Source: Spirochaetota bacterium (GTDB lineage Bacteria; Spirochaetota; UBA4802; UBA5550). From it: 64,000 nucleotides of DNA. The stretch lies in contig CAXXHB010000003.1 of the NCBI GenBank assembly GCA_963664815.2, forward strand, positions 2,528,001 to 2,592,000. Direction: 5' to 3'. Shown piece after piece: positions 33,170 to 42,439 of the stretch; the first letter of the stretch is position 1, and each line of letters starts with the position of its first letter. Both the position numbers and the translations under genes were made by a program. The notes below the pieces were generated by a model. That model ran no database searches. It had not been told where the DNA came from and saw only the letters and a program-made list of their open reading frames with translations.

Positions 33170-33317
33170 TATCAACCTTCGCTCTATTTTAATTTTAGTA
33201 TATTAAAAAATTTCATATTACTTTTGTAACTCTGACTCAGGTGATACAACATCTATTATCTTTAAAAATTCTAATCTTTTCCCGGCATGGAAGCCGGGTG
33301 TAAATTTTATGCGTCTA

Positions 33318-33700
33318 ATCTGTCAGGTCAGGGAGCCCGTACCCCCTTTTCCCATAAGAACCGTACGTGAAAGTTTTACCACAGGCACTTCCTCCGGTCG
33401 CCCTTCTTACGGCTCAAGCCGTCTAAAGATGATTATACAACCAGCCGCTGTTAGCTGTTTTTATTCCCGTTTTTCTATATCAGAAATAATCAGAATCTTC
33501 TTTAAAAATGGGTTTCTGTCAAGACTTATCATTCTGTGCCGTACAATTTTAATGTGTCCCGCAGTAAAGAGAATCTCCTCATCAGAGCTGAAATTTTAAG
33601 TCCCTGTTTCCTATGTGTTTTAAAGTACCTGTTTTTAAGCTATAAAGAATTTTTCATCGGGTGTCTGAATCTGCCCCATCTCCATAGAGCCTGAAAAGAA
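33318..33700 (-). mobile_element. group II intron 3' remnant with decayed RT/maturase C-terminus
   Basis: DV/DVI plus frameshifted LWRWG..HP.K; ends in AT. Confidence 0.82.
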
Positions 33701-33875
33701 CATAGGGGATGGTGTTTAACTGAAATTTTAACTGTAAGTATGCAGCCGGTTCAGCTCTGCTGATTGGCGCGGCTCTTGCTCTTTACCGCAAGGGGCGTGA
33801 CAAAGGCGGAGCATTGAATTATTTTTTATTATCAAAACACTCTGATTTAAATGAGAAAATTATAAGAAGATTTAT

Positions 33876-34142
33876 CTAACTATCCATATCTTCCTCCTGA
33901 GTTCCGAAAAGAAGAACTATTCTTTCATCACATGATGTCAGTATCGGTTTAAATCCATCTGCCAGCGAAATGGCTTTCATGCGTGCATCTCTTATAATAT
34001 AATCAAAAGCCATAATTTCATCATTATGGATTGTATTTAAATCCCTTAATCCATTTAATGCAAATGATAGTACACAAAATGCCGACATTATATCATTCAG
34101 TTTTTTTTCAACATCATCGGTTTTAAATGCATGTATCTCCAT
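33876..34142 (-). CDS. hypothetical protein divergent from the XRE gene
   Basis: 88-aa ORF sharing a 67-bp intergenic region with 34210. Confidence 0.5.
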   Translation of the reverse strand: MEIHAFKTDDVEKKLNDIMSAFCVLSFALNGLRDLNTIHNDEIMAFDYIIRDARMKAISLADGFKPILTSCDERIVLLFGTQEEDMDS

Positions 34143-34209
34143 TATTATAACCCCGTTATAAATATTATCCTAATTTGGGATATTCTAAAACAGGATTTAT
34201 TATATACAA

Positions 34210-34431
34210 GTGAAAAATTCAATTTATACAAAAGAATATCAGGCTTTTTTACAGGTACTCAAGCAGGCCCGTATTGAAGCGGGGCTGACCCAGTCGGATG
34301 TTGCAAAGAAATTAAAACAGCACCAGTCATACGTTTCCAAATGCGAATCAGGAGAACGGCGTGTTGATGTTGTTGAACTTAAAAAATTTGCCTCTTTATA
34401 CGGGAAAAAGATCAGTGATTTTGTTGAATAA
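34210..34431 (+). CDS. XRE-family HTH regulator
   Basis: ARIEAGLTQSDVAKKL...SYVSKCESGERRVDVVEL. Confidence 0.88.
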   Translation: MKNSIYTKEYQAFLQVLKQARIEAGLTQSDVAKKLKQHQSYVSKCESGERRVDVVELKKFASLYGKKISDFVE

Positions 34432-34594
34432 ATGTCCTGAACAAAGCCTGAATATTGTGTAAGTTAAATAAAATTAAAGAAACCATAAAATAGAACTCTA
34501 CAAGTAAAGCTCTTTAAGCTTTGTTTATTGCATAGACCTTGCTCGTTTCCGCAAGGGGTGTGACAAAGGTGGAACTGTGAAAAAAATTGAAGAA

Positions 34595-35353
34595 TTACTT
34601 CAACAAAAATTCAAGAATCTTCTTACCACCTTCAGTATTTCTTGAAAGATGAGCACCCCGAGTTTCTGAACCGGAATAAACAACAATATTTTTATGTTTC
34701 GGTAGATTCCACATTGAAGCTTTTCGTGTTAATATAATACATGCTTCACCATTACGAACCTTTGGTACAAGATAGTCATTAACCCATTCAAGCATTATTT
34801 GAGATGTATAAAGTTGATTTAATTTTTTGTCAGATAATTTAAAAGATTTTGAATGATAAGGAACCAATTCTAATGCGGCAATATTCTTGGAAACAAAACT
34901 CAATGATTCAGCATAAGAAGGAAGATTTTTCTTTATTTTTACTTCGTCAATAATATCGTTCAATTTGCTTACCCAATATTTACCATGCCAGATAAACTTT
35001 GGATTTAATTTGAAAAAAGGATATGGATCATTTTCTAACTCTTGTTTTATGTTTTTAATCATATATTCTTTGAACAATTTATCATTTGATTCAGCATAGT
35101 AATCTAATATATTAAATCCCGGATTTAAAAGCAGTATAAATACTTTGGCATTTTTTAAATCACCGATATAGGGGACTGGTAACAGACCGAAATGAAATTT
35201 ATGATCTTTTGAACCAAAATCAGAACTATTTATAAATTCATCATAATTTGTATAATTAAAGAAATCTTCACTTCTTAATACATCGTCTTTTTGATGAAGA
35301 TAAGGTTTTCTGTTAAGATTAAAATTCTTCCAGCAACTCAGTAAATCTTCCAT
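34595..35353 (-). CDS. hypothetical protein, uracil-DNA-glycosylase-superfamily-like
   Basis: PVPYIGD..AKVFILLLNPG, LELVPYHS; the track start at 35410 lies inside the IS, so the likely ATG is 35353. Confidence 0.6.
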   Translation of the reverse strand: MEDLLSCWKNFNLNRKPYLHQKDDVLRSEDFFNYTNYDEFINSSDFGSKDHKFHFGLLPVPYIGDLKNAKVFILLLNPGFNILDYYAESNDKLFKEYMIKNIKQELENDPYPFFKLNPKFIWHGKYWVSKLNDIIDEVKIKKNLPSYAESLSFVSKNIAALELVPYHSKSFKLSDKKLNQLYTSQIMLEWVNDYLVPKVRNGEACIILTRKASMWNLPKHKNIVVYSGSETRGAHLSRNTEGGKKILEFLLK

Positions 35354-35385
35354 ACATTGCTCACTAAAATGAATTAAACTAATAA

Positions 35386-36697
35386 CTCGAGTTAGGCGTT
35401 TTTTGGACATAGCTACGCCATGAGTTTTAGTTTTTTATAAATGTCCCTCTTGGAGACACCCTTTTTATGCATTATAATCACTTGATCAACGTACTCCCGC
35501 TTCTTCATTATTTTGAAATACTGTCGAGATTTCCCAAGACTCTGTTCATTGTTAGCAACTCTCAATGATTCAAGTAAAGCATACGCAGCAAATACAAGAG
35601 CACAGTATTTTTCTATTGCCTTCAGTTTCCTCATCTGGTATTGACTCATACCAAGACGATCTTTACAATAAAGATATCCAACTTCAATATCCCAGCGAAA
35701 GCTGTAATATTTCAAGATGCCTTCATTATTCAAGTTCATATCCGTACTAAGGATGAACATTATAGATCCGTCCTTGACTCTCTTTGATATCAGTATAATT
35801 GCATTACCGATACCTTTCAGCCAGACTTCTATCCGTCTGACTTTGAAGGCTTCATCCTTTAATTTTACTTTCTCAAAGGATGAGTTTCTTAAGTTTTTCA
35901 CATAAGCTGACAGCTTATGTTTTTTACCATGCTCTTTAAACTGGAATACTCTATTGCTCTTAAGCGCTCCTATAAGTTCAAATTCCCGGTCTTTTACAGC
36001 TTTTACGACTTTCTCCGATGTGTACCAGCTATCTACTAAACAGTATATCTTATCTCCCGTAAAAGGTTCAAACTTATCTATCAATTCACATGCTATATCC
36101 GGTTTTGTTTTAAATACTTCTCCGGATTCAGTTGCCACTTTCTCATTTAGATAAAACCGGAAATCATATGGGAAAGATATATCCCCTGATCTATAATGAC
36201 TTGTCACCAAGCTGTGACCATATACCGTTCTGCCTTTTGAATGAGAATAATGCCACCCGAGACTTTCTATCTTCTTCGGTTTTCCCGGCTTCTCTATCAC
36301 AGTATCATCTATTATTAAAAAGCCTGTCCCGTTTTTCTTAGCGATACATTTTAAAAAATTCCTGTTAACTCTTAAAAGATCTTTACAGGTCCAAGCTGTA
36401 TCTCTTATAAACTTTATATCATTACTAACATCTCTTGTGTCAACCTGAATGGAGTTGATACTTGAGATTGTATGACGACCATCATATTCTATTATCCCTT
36501 TCAGCATCTTAGTAAAATGCCTCATTTGCGGTTTTGAAAAAATTTCTTTCGCCGCTGTAAAATACTTGTCTTCTGTAATCTGTTGTTTATTTTTTTATTC
36601 ATTAGAGTTTTTAAAATACTATTCATAATGGGGTAAAAAATTAATACTATTTTTTGCCCCATTATCTTTTTTCTTTTAAAAAAACGCCTAACTCAAG
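35386..36697 (-). mobile_element. IS701-family element, full length (transposase 35413-36525)
   Basis: 19-bp inverted repeats, TAA on both flanks, LIIDDT..K, LVDSWY, Y..RW.IE. Confidence 0.93.
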
Positions 36698-36871
36698 TAA
36701 TAATCTAAAAATTGTTTAAAGTATATCAATTAAAATAACTATAACACCTTTCAGATTTTTGAATAAATTGCAGATCAAAGTCAATAATTTATTCAAAAGC
36801 AATATTTTATATTTAACGTGCCTGCTGAGATATAAGCTGGCATGTTTTATTAAATATATCTGCAGCAGAAA

Positions 36872-37145
36872 AAATTATTTTACAGAATTATTATTTTCCC
36901 CGGTAAAATCACCGGATTTTTACTGTATGTTGTTTCAAAGAACGGAAGAAAACGGTATTCAAATTCCTGTTATGACTATTCTGAGTATAATCGAAGCATA
37001 TTCTGCCCGATTCCAGTGGTTTCGTACAACAAAAGTCTTAACATAGCCGCTGTCTGAAGATTAAAATTATCTGCTTAATATTTTTATACCGCTAATAAAG
37101 ACCAGCGGTTTTTTTGGGGCAGCTACGTTAAGACATCTATAAGTT
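36872..37145 (+). repeat. repeat B (partial) plus repeat A (37024-37145)
   Basis: same repeat family; ends in GTTATGTGC. Confidence 0.9.
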
Positions 37146-37197
37146 ATGTGCAGTTCAACACGCTAACTAAAAAATATTTATTCAAACATTGAATGAA

Positions 37198-37866
37198 TTA
37201 ATTTTGAAATAATAATCTATTCTGAATTAATCTACCAAGTTCTGAACTCAACTTTTCAAAGTTTCTATCAAAATCTGATTTTGCAACATTATTTATAACT
37301 TCGTTATTACTAGTAATAATGAACCGATAAACAGTAAGAGTACTTTTTAAGAATTCTGAGATTTCATTGATTTTTAGATCTAAATTTTCAGGCAAGAAAA
37401 TTCTGTTATTATCATATGTATTAATAAAATCAAAACACGATTGTTGTAACACAAACATTCCGTTTGTTCTTGTAATATTTATATATTCTTGCATTTTATT
37501 TTCTGATTGAATAATCATATTTTTTTCAAACAAGCTAAAAGGAGTTTTTGCTAAAATATCACTAAGTTCTTCATCAGTAAGTGTGTCCATGTCTAATGCA
37601 AGGAAATAATTATTAGTATAGAATTGAAGATTTCTTTTATGAATTTGTAGCTTACTCCAGATAATGGGTAGAACTTCGAATTCGCGTTGATTTATTTTAG
37701 AAATACGATCAAATTCAAGGTTTATTTTTTGTTTATATTTCTCAATACTTTTGTTGAATTGCGATTCAATAAATTTATTTCCAAAATATTTAGATAATCC
37801 TATGAATAAAAGTATGGCCGAACCAACCGAAGTAGATGTTGTAATAAAAAATGTCTTTATATCCAT
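37198..37866 (-). CDS. hypothetical cassette protein with N-terminal TM segment
   Basis: 222 aa, ggag RBS, bounded by the cassette inverted repeat ttcaacacgct / agcgtgttgaa. Confidence 0.7.
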   Translation of the reverse strand: MDIKTFFITTSTSVGSAILLFIGLSKYFGNKFIESQFNKSIEKYKQKINLEFDRISKINQREFEVLPIIWSKLQIHKRNLQFYTNNYFLALDMDTLTDEELSDILAKTPFSLFEKNMIIQSENKMQEYINITRTNGMFVLQQSCFDFINTYDNNRIFLPENLDLKINEISEFLKSTLTVYRFIITSNNEVINNVAKSDFDRNFEKLSSELGRLIQNRLLFQN

Positions 37867-37931
37867 AGTTTCTCCTATTAAAAAGATTACTGTTTATATA
37901 AAACGTCGAACGAAAAGTCCAGCGTGTTGAA

Positions 37932-38643
37932 GTCTGGTAGGTCAGGAAGTTCACGCCCCCTTTCCCGTAAGAACCGTACGTGAATGTTCCCCTTCGTACG
38001 GCTCAAGCTGTCTTAAGCTTTCTATACAACCAGCTGCTGTTAGCTGTTTTTATTCCCGTTTTTCGATATCAGAAATAATCAGAATATTCTTTTAAAATGT
38101 GTTCCTGTCAAGACTTATCATTTTGTGCTTTACAATTTTAATGTGTCGCACAGTATTAAGAATCTCCTCATCAGAGCAGAAAGTTTAAGTCCCTGTTACC
38201 TATGTGTTTTAAAGTACCTGTTTTTAAGCTATAAAGAATTTTTCATCGGGTGTCTGAATCTGCCCCATCTCCATAGAGCCTGAAAAAGAACAGTATTGGA
38301 ATTTTTAAAAGGATTCCTTTTAAAACCATTCCCCGGAGCTTTTGAGACGTTGAATAAAATCGCCATTCACGGTCTATCCGTTGACTGGAGAAATAATTAT
38401 TTTATGTGATTTTTATTTTTTCCGGTAAAATCACCGGATTTTTACTGTATGTTATTTCAAAGACCGGTAGAAAACGGTATTCAAAATCCTATTCTATTTA
38501 TACTGTTCGATCCCCGTGGTTTCGTCCAACAGAGTCTTAACATAGTTGTTGTCTGAAGATTGAAATTATCTGTTTAATGTTTTTATACCGCTAATAAAGA
38601 TTAGCGGTTTTTTGAGGCAACTACGTTAAGACTTCTATAAGTT
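37932..38643. mobile_element. composite repeat (intron remnant with canonical DV, B, A)
   Basis: 34-nt DV at 37971-38004, GAGCCGTACGAAGGGGAACATTCACGTACGGTTC on the minus strand. Confidence 0.88.
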
Positions 38644-38713
38644 ATATGACGTTGCACCACCTTTTTATTCTCAAGCGAAACACGATGTTGAGCTTGAATC
38701 ATTTTTTTAAGTC

Positions 38714-39562
38714 CTACCGATATGTCGAATTTGAAAAAGTTATTTTCGTATTATTTAATCCATTTTTTCTTAGATACATTTCAAAATCATATTGCTCAAG
38801 CTTATATTTTGGTCCAAGAACAATCTCTGGTATAAGATTGCTATTAATAGGTTCATCAAATTTTAACTTAAAATAGGAAATAATATCATTATTACATGTC
38901 CTAAAAAAAATGTCAGAAATATTTACATGTAAAAAAATATTTAATAGTAATTCAAGAGTGGGGGTATGAATTATTCGCCATTCTTGTTCATCATAAAATG
39001 TATGATTTTTAAAAATGACAGAATACCGTCTTAATAATATAGCGCATTCTAAACTCGCTAAGTTTTCATCAATAGTTTGTTCATCTAACTGTAATAAATA
39101 ATGTTGCAGGATTCCTGATATAATATTTTTTTGTTCATCAATCTCATATAGTACTGGTTGAAGACCAATGTTATCTTTTTTTGTAATACTAGTCGTTGTT
39201 ATAGGTGACTTTACATCAACATTTAATGCTTCTGTTGAAAATCCTATAGCTACACCCAAACCATCATCAGCATAACTTTTCCATTGACTCAAAACATCAC
39301 CGTTTCCGGAAAAACATGCAATATATGGAATGGAATTATTTATATTGTATGTTTGAACCATTAATGAAATAAAATTTTTATATTTGTCATCAGAAATTTC
39401 TTTAATTTTATCATCTATTAAATGATTAATCCAAATAGTTTCATGATGGTCATTCATCTTTTTACTGTTTGATAACCAGATTTCTTTTGATTGAATGATC
39501 ATAAATAACTTTTCAATGCTACAATAATGATAAATTATTTTTGGTATTTCCATTTTAACCAT
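38714..39562 (-). CDS. DUF2971 domain cassette protein
   Basis: IYHYCS, MND..E, CFS..GDVLSQWKSYAD..GVAIGF, K...F..EQEWR. Confidence 0.88.
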   Translation of the reverse strand: MVKMEIPKIIYHYCSIEKLFMIIQSKEIWLSNSKKMNDHHETIWINHLIDDKIKEISDDKYKNFISLMVQTYNINNSIPYIACFSGNGDVLSQWKSYADDGLGVAIGFSTEALNVDVKSPITTTSITKKDNIGLQPVLYEIDEQKNIISGILQHYLLQLDEQTIDENLASLECAILLRRYSVIFKNHTFYDEQEWRIIHTPTLELLLNIFLHVNISDIFFRTCNNDIISYFKLKFDEPINSNLIPEIVLGPKYKLEQYDFEMYLRKNGLNNTKITFSNSTYR

Positions 39563-39620
39563 CTGTTTTTTATAATCTATGAGCCCACGGATGGGCGATT
39601 AAAAAGTTTTCACGCTTTTT

Positions 39621-39723
39621 GCATATAACGCCTTGCTTACACGACGTTGCGGCTGTCTTTTGCCGCAATGTGCCGAAGGCCAAGCCGGTACTCCGGCGCA
39701 GCGTTGTAAGCGTTGTTAGGTGT
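39621..39723 (-). repeat. intact attC site
   Basis: minus strand ACCTAAC-aac-gcttacaacgctgcg...cgcaacgtcgtgtaagc-aaggc-GTTATAT. Confidence 0.85.
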
Positions 39724-39734
39724 AGTGCTCGAAA

Positions 39735-40931
39735 TTACAACGAAAGAATTGCTTTTTCAAGTAATTCAATGCTGTTTATTATTTTATTACACATATCATA
39801 GAATTGTTTTACATGATTTGTATTTGTTATTGTTTCTTTTGAAATTTTGTGATCAGCCTCAGTACGGTAAGTTTTGATAGTATTAATATTTTCTACAAGG
39901 TTAATATTAAATTCCAATTTGTTCTCTAAAAGCTGTAACAATTGTATTGAACTTAATGGACGTTTTGTTTTAGAATGGATGAACTCATATTCTGAATAGT
40001 TAAATTTCTCTTTAAGAAATATTTTTAATGATTCACTATCAATATTATCTGGTCCAATAATTTTATATAATTCTGAACAACTATCACAAAAGGCTTTTTT
40101 TGTATTTTCAACAGGTGGTCGTAAATAAATGTTTTCAAATATTTTAAAAAGTGGTTTTATTGAAAAATATATATTTAAATTTTTTAATTTTTCTTTTAAT
40201 ATTTCAAAAATATCAGGAAAATCGACATATTCACCATCGTATGTTCTGGAGAGGAATAATTTAAAATTAGTATCATTTGGATCTAAAATAAAATCATTTA
40301 ACTCAAATGAACTCCAATATTTTTGCTCATCATGACTCATTGATTCTAAATCTTTTACAATTACTGATATGGCAGTATTACCATTATTTATTAATTTTTT
40401 CCCAAATCTTATATAAAGATAATTTGTATCTATAGAATCTCCAATGGATGCTATGGAACCACCTGCTAATGAATCATTAACTTCATATTTTTCCGGATGA
40501 TTATAATATCTTCTTAAAACTTCTTCCTTAAAAAATATTAATTCAATTTGATTTGCACCAAGATATAATCTTTTTGCATATTCAGGAATATTTTGTTTTA
40601 CTAAATCAGAGGAATAAAAGAATTGTTCTAAAACAGATTTTGAAGGGAAAAATATATGTGTTTTTATTTTTTTGCCTTGAGGAGATTTTCTTTTTGAACC
40701 AACTTTTATTGAAACAGAATATAATGTAACATTACTATTTATTTTGCCTTTACCTTCTGAAACAAATTTTTCAAATAATTTCATTGCTTCATTGTTGCTT
40801 ATCTTAAAGTATTTATCAAGTTCAATTGCTGATATACCACCGAAACGGTTAAACCAGATTTCTGCACATTTTTTAAGTATTTCATCTTCTGTAATATTAT
40901 AATCCAAAATGCTTTCCTTCAATTGTTGCAA
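39735..40931 (-). CDS. hypothetical cassette protein
   Basis: 398-aa AT-rich ORF; R...H motif (YRTEADH) near the C-terminus. Confidence 0.7.
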   Translation of the reverse strand: MQQLKESILDYNITEDEILKKCAEIWFNRFGGISAIELDKYFKISNNEAMKLFEKFVSEGKGKINSNVTLYSVSIKVGSKRKSPQGKKIKTHIFFPSKSVLEQFFYSSDLVKQNIPEYAKRLYLGANQIELIFFKEEVLRRYYNHPEKYEVNDSLAGGSIASIGDSIDTNYLYIRFGKKLINNGNTAISVIVKDLESMSHDEQKYWSSFELNDFILDPNDTNFKLFLSRTYDGEYVDFPDIFEILKEKLKNLNIYFSIKPLFKIFENIYLRPPVENTKKAFCDSCSELYKIIGPDNIDSESLKIFLKEKFNYSEYEFIHSKTKRPLSSIQLLQLLENKLEFNINLVENINTIKTYRTEADHKISKETITNTNHVKQFYDMCNKIINSIELLEKAILSL

Positions 40932-40946
40932 TTAACTTTTATAGTA

Positions 40947-41522
40947 TTAAATAAAGGTTAGAAACCTATCTATAAATGGCTGTAGGTATGCTTCTAATAT
41001 TCTTCTTGCGAAAAAATCATGCATCATTTTGAAATTATCAACATCCTTATCAAAATCATCTTGCTTCAAATCTTCAAGTTTTAAAGCTTTAAGAGCATCT
41101 TTATGATTTGCAATGGAACAAACGTTTCCGGAAACTAATTCCTTAAATAAATTATACATTATTTTGTGTTTTGAAATTTCGTCATTTTTAGTATCATTTC
41201 TGTTATCTTCTGGATTTATTAAATTTAATATATTTTCATAAAAAACGATTACCTTTAATACATCTAACCAGTCATAGTAAATCTCAATACCGTATCTATT
41301 CTTAATTTCAAATTTAAATAAAAATATAGAATATTTTCTAATATCATAATCTTTCCAGTATTTTTCTTTAGCAATCCTTATCTTTTCATCAAGTGTATCT
41401 TCAAATAATTGTTTGTATTCATAAGAGAAAAATTCTTTTAGTAAATCTATTAACTCCAGTTCATCCTTAATGTTTAGTAATTTTGTTGTAGCTTTTTTAG
41501 TTTCTTCGATAGATGTTATCAT
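40947..41522 (-). CDS. hypothetical cassette protein
   Basis: 191-aa ORF with ggag RBS; first gene of the first cassette. Confidence 0.7.
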   Translation of the reverse strand: MITSIEETKKATTKLLNIKDELELIDLLKEFFSYEYKQLFEDTLDEKIRIAKEKYWKDYDIRKYSIFLFKFEIKNRYGIEIYYDWLDVLKVIVFYENILNLINPEDNRNDTKNDEISKHKIMYNLFKELVSGNVCSIANHKDALKALKLEDLKQDDFDKDVDNFKMMHDFFARRILEAYLQPFIDRFLTFI

Positions 41523-41560
41523 TTTCCACTCCTAGTAACATTACTATAATCAAAAAGTTT

Positions 41561-41660
41561 TTCGAGCATTACACCTAACTTGTACTATCCGAACAATCTT
41601 TCGCACAACACATGAAAAATCCGGAAAAAAGCGAAAGAAGTTACGTATAGTAACCCCTAT
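41561..41660 (-). other. candidate attI / start of the array
   Basis: GTTAGGTGTAATGCTCGAA starts cassette 1 but is not preceded by an attC hairpin. Confidence 0.5.
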
Positions 41661-42439
41661 ATATCCAGTGGACTCTTAATATTCCCGGGTTTCACCGTAC
41701 ATACATGTGTATAAATCATAATTGTATCAGGACTTTACCGTCCTGATAGTTCCTGTATTTTTCGTTACTCTTTTCAGGCAGTTGTGTAGAAAATTTATCA
41801 CTTGATGAGTCATCTTTAACCGTTTTCCGTCCCGGCATTTACAACATCCCGTTGAAACCAGTCCGCACAAACATCCCCTGTTGTTACTCCCCTTCTCCTG
41901 ATCTTTTAATAAACGGTTTCCATGATGCACTCTGCCGGATGGGTCTGTATGCATTTAATTTATTCACTCATTAAACAGCAGTTATTTCAATACTTTTTTT
42001 CAAATATTCAAATAAATATTAGGCTTGTTTCCAAACCAGTATTTGCAACACTCAGGAAACCTTGAGTGGTTTTTTTTAAGGGGCTCCTCCCCTTATACAC
42101 TGTAAAAAAGTTGTCTCTTTTTTATAAAGAACGGTAATTACTTTGTTGAATTGGCTGCTTTGCAATAAAAACATATGATGTGTTATTTGCACAAATCGTG
42201 CCGGAAACTGAAGTACACTTCAGTGATTATACCCCATCTGTCGCCATGTATATGCCTTTTATCCGCCACGAATCCGCCATCTATCCGGCGAAGTAACAGA
42301 AAAATTTTTTTGTTTTTTCAGTAAATTTTTTTAAATTCCCCTGTTTCAGGCGTATTAATGTCAAGCAGGGATGCCCGGTGGGGGCATTATAAGGCGCTCT
42401 CAGATAATTCACACCAGTTTCGGAACCGCCTCTTCAGGT

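Noticed and set aside
35354-35410. Track start MSKKRLTRV for ORF 34595-35410
   Set aside because: It begins inside the IS701 inverted repeat; the likely true start is 35353.
6276-37046. Recurrent short ORFs such as 6276, 12844, 12869, 16348, 29343, 33309 and 36759 (FFPVKSPD...FQRPEEN)
   Set aside because: They are chance translations of repeat B or the antisense intron remnant; frames and stops differ between copies.
11911-38290. Classic group IIC-attC intron, or an active intron
   Set aside because: DV has an AGC triad and the orientation matches the cassettes. No 5' intron domains or intact RT are present.
6263-38643. Dispersed repeats as a CRISPR array
   Set aside because: The units are 120-900 bp and separated by whole genes; there is no 25-45-bp repeat-spacer periodicity and no cas gene.
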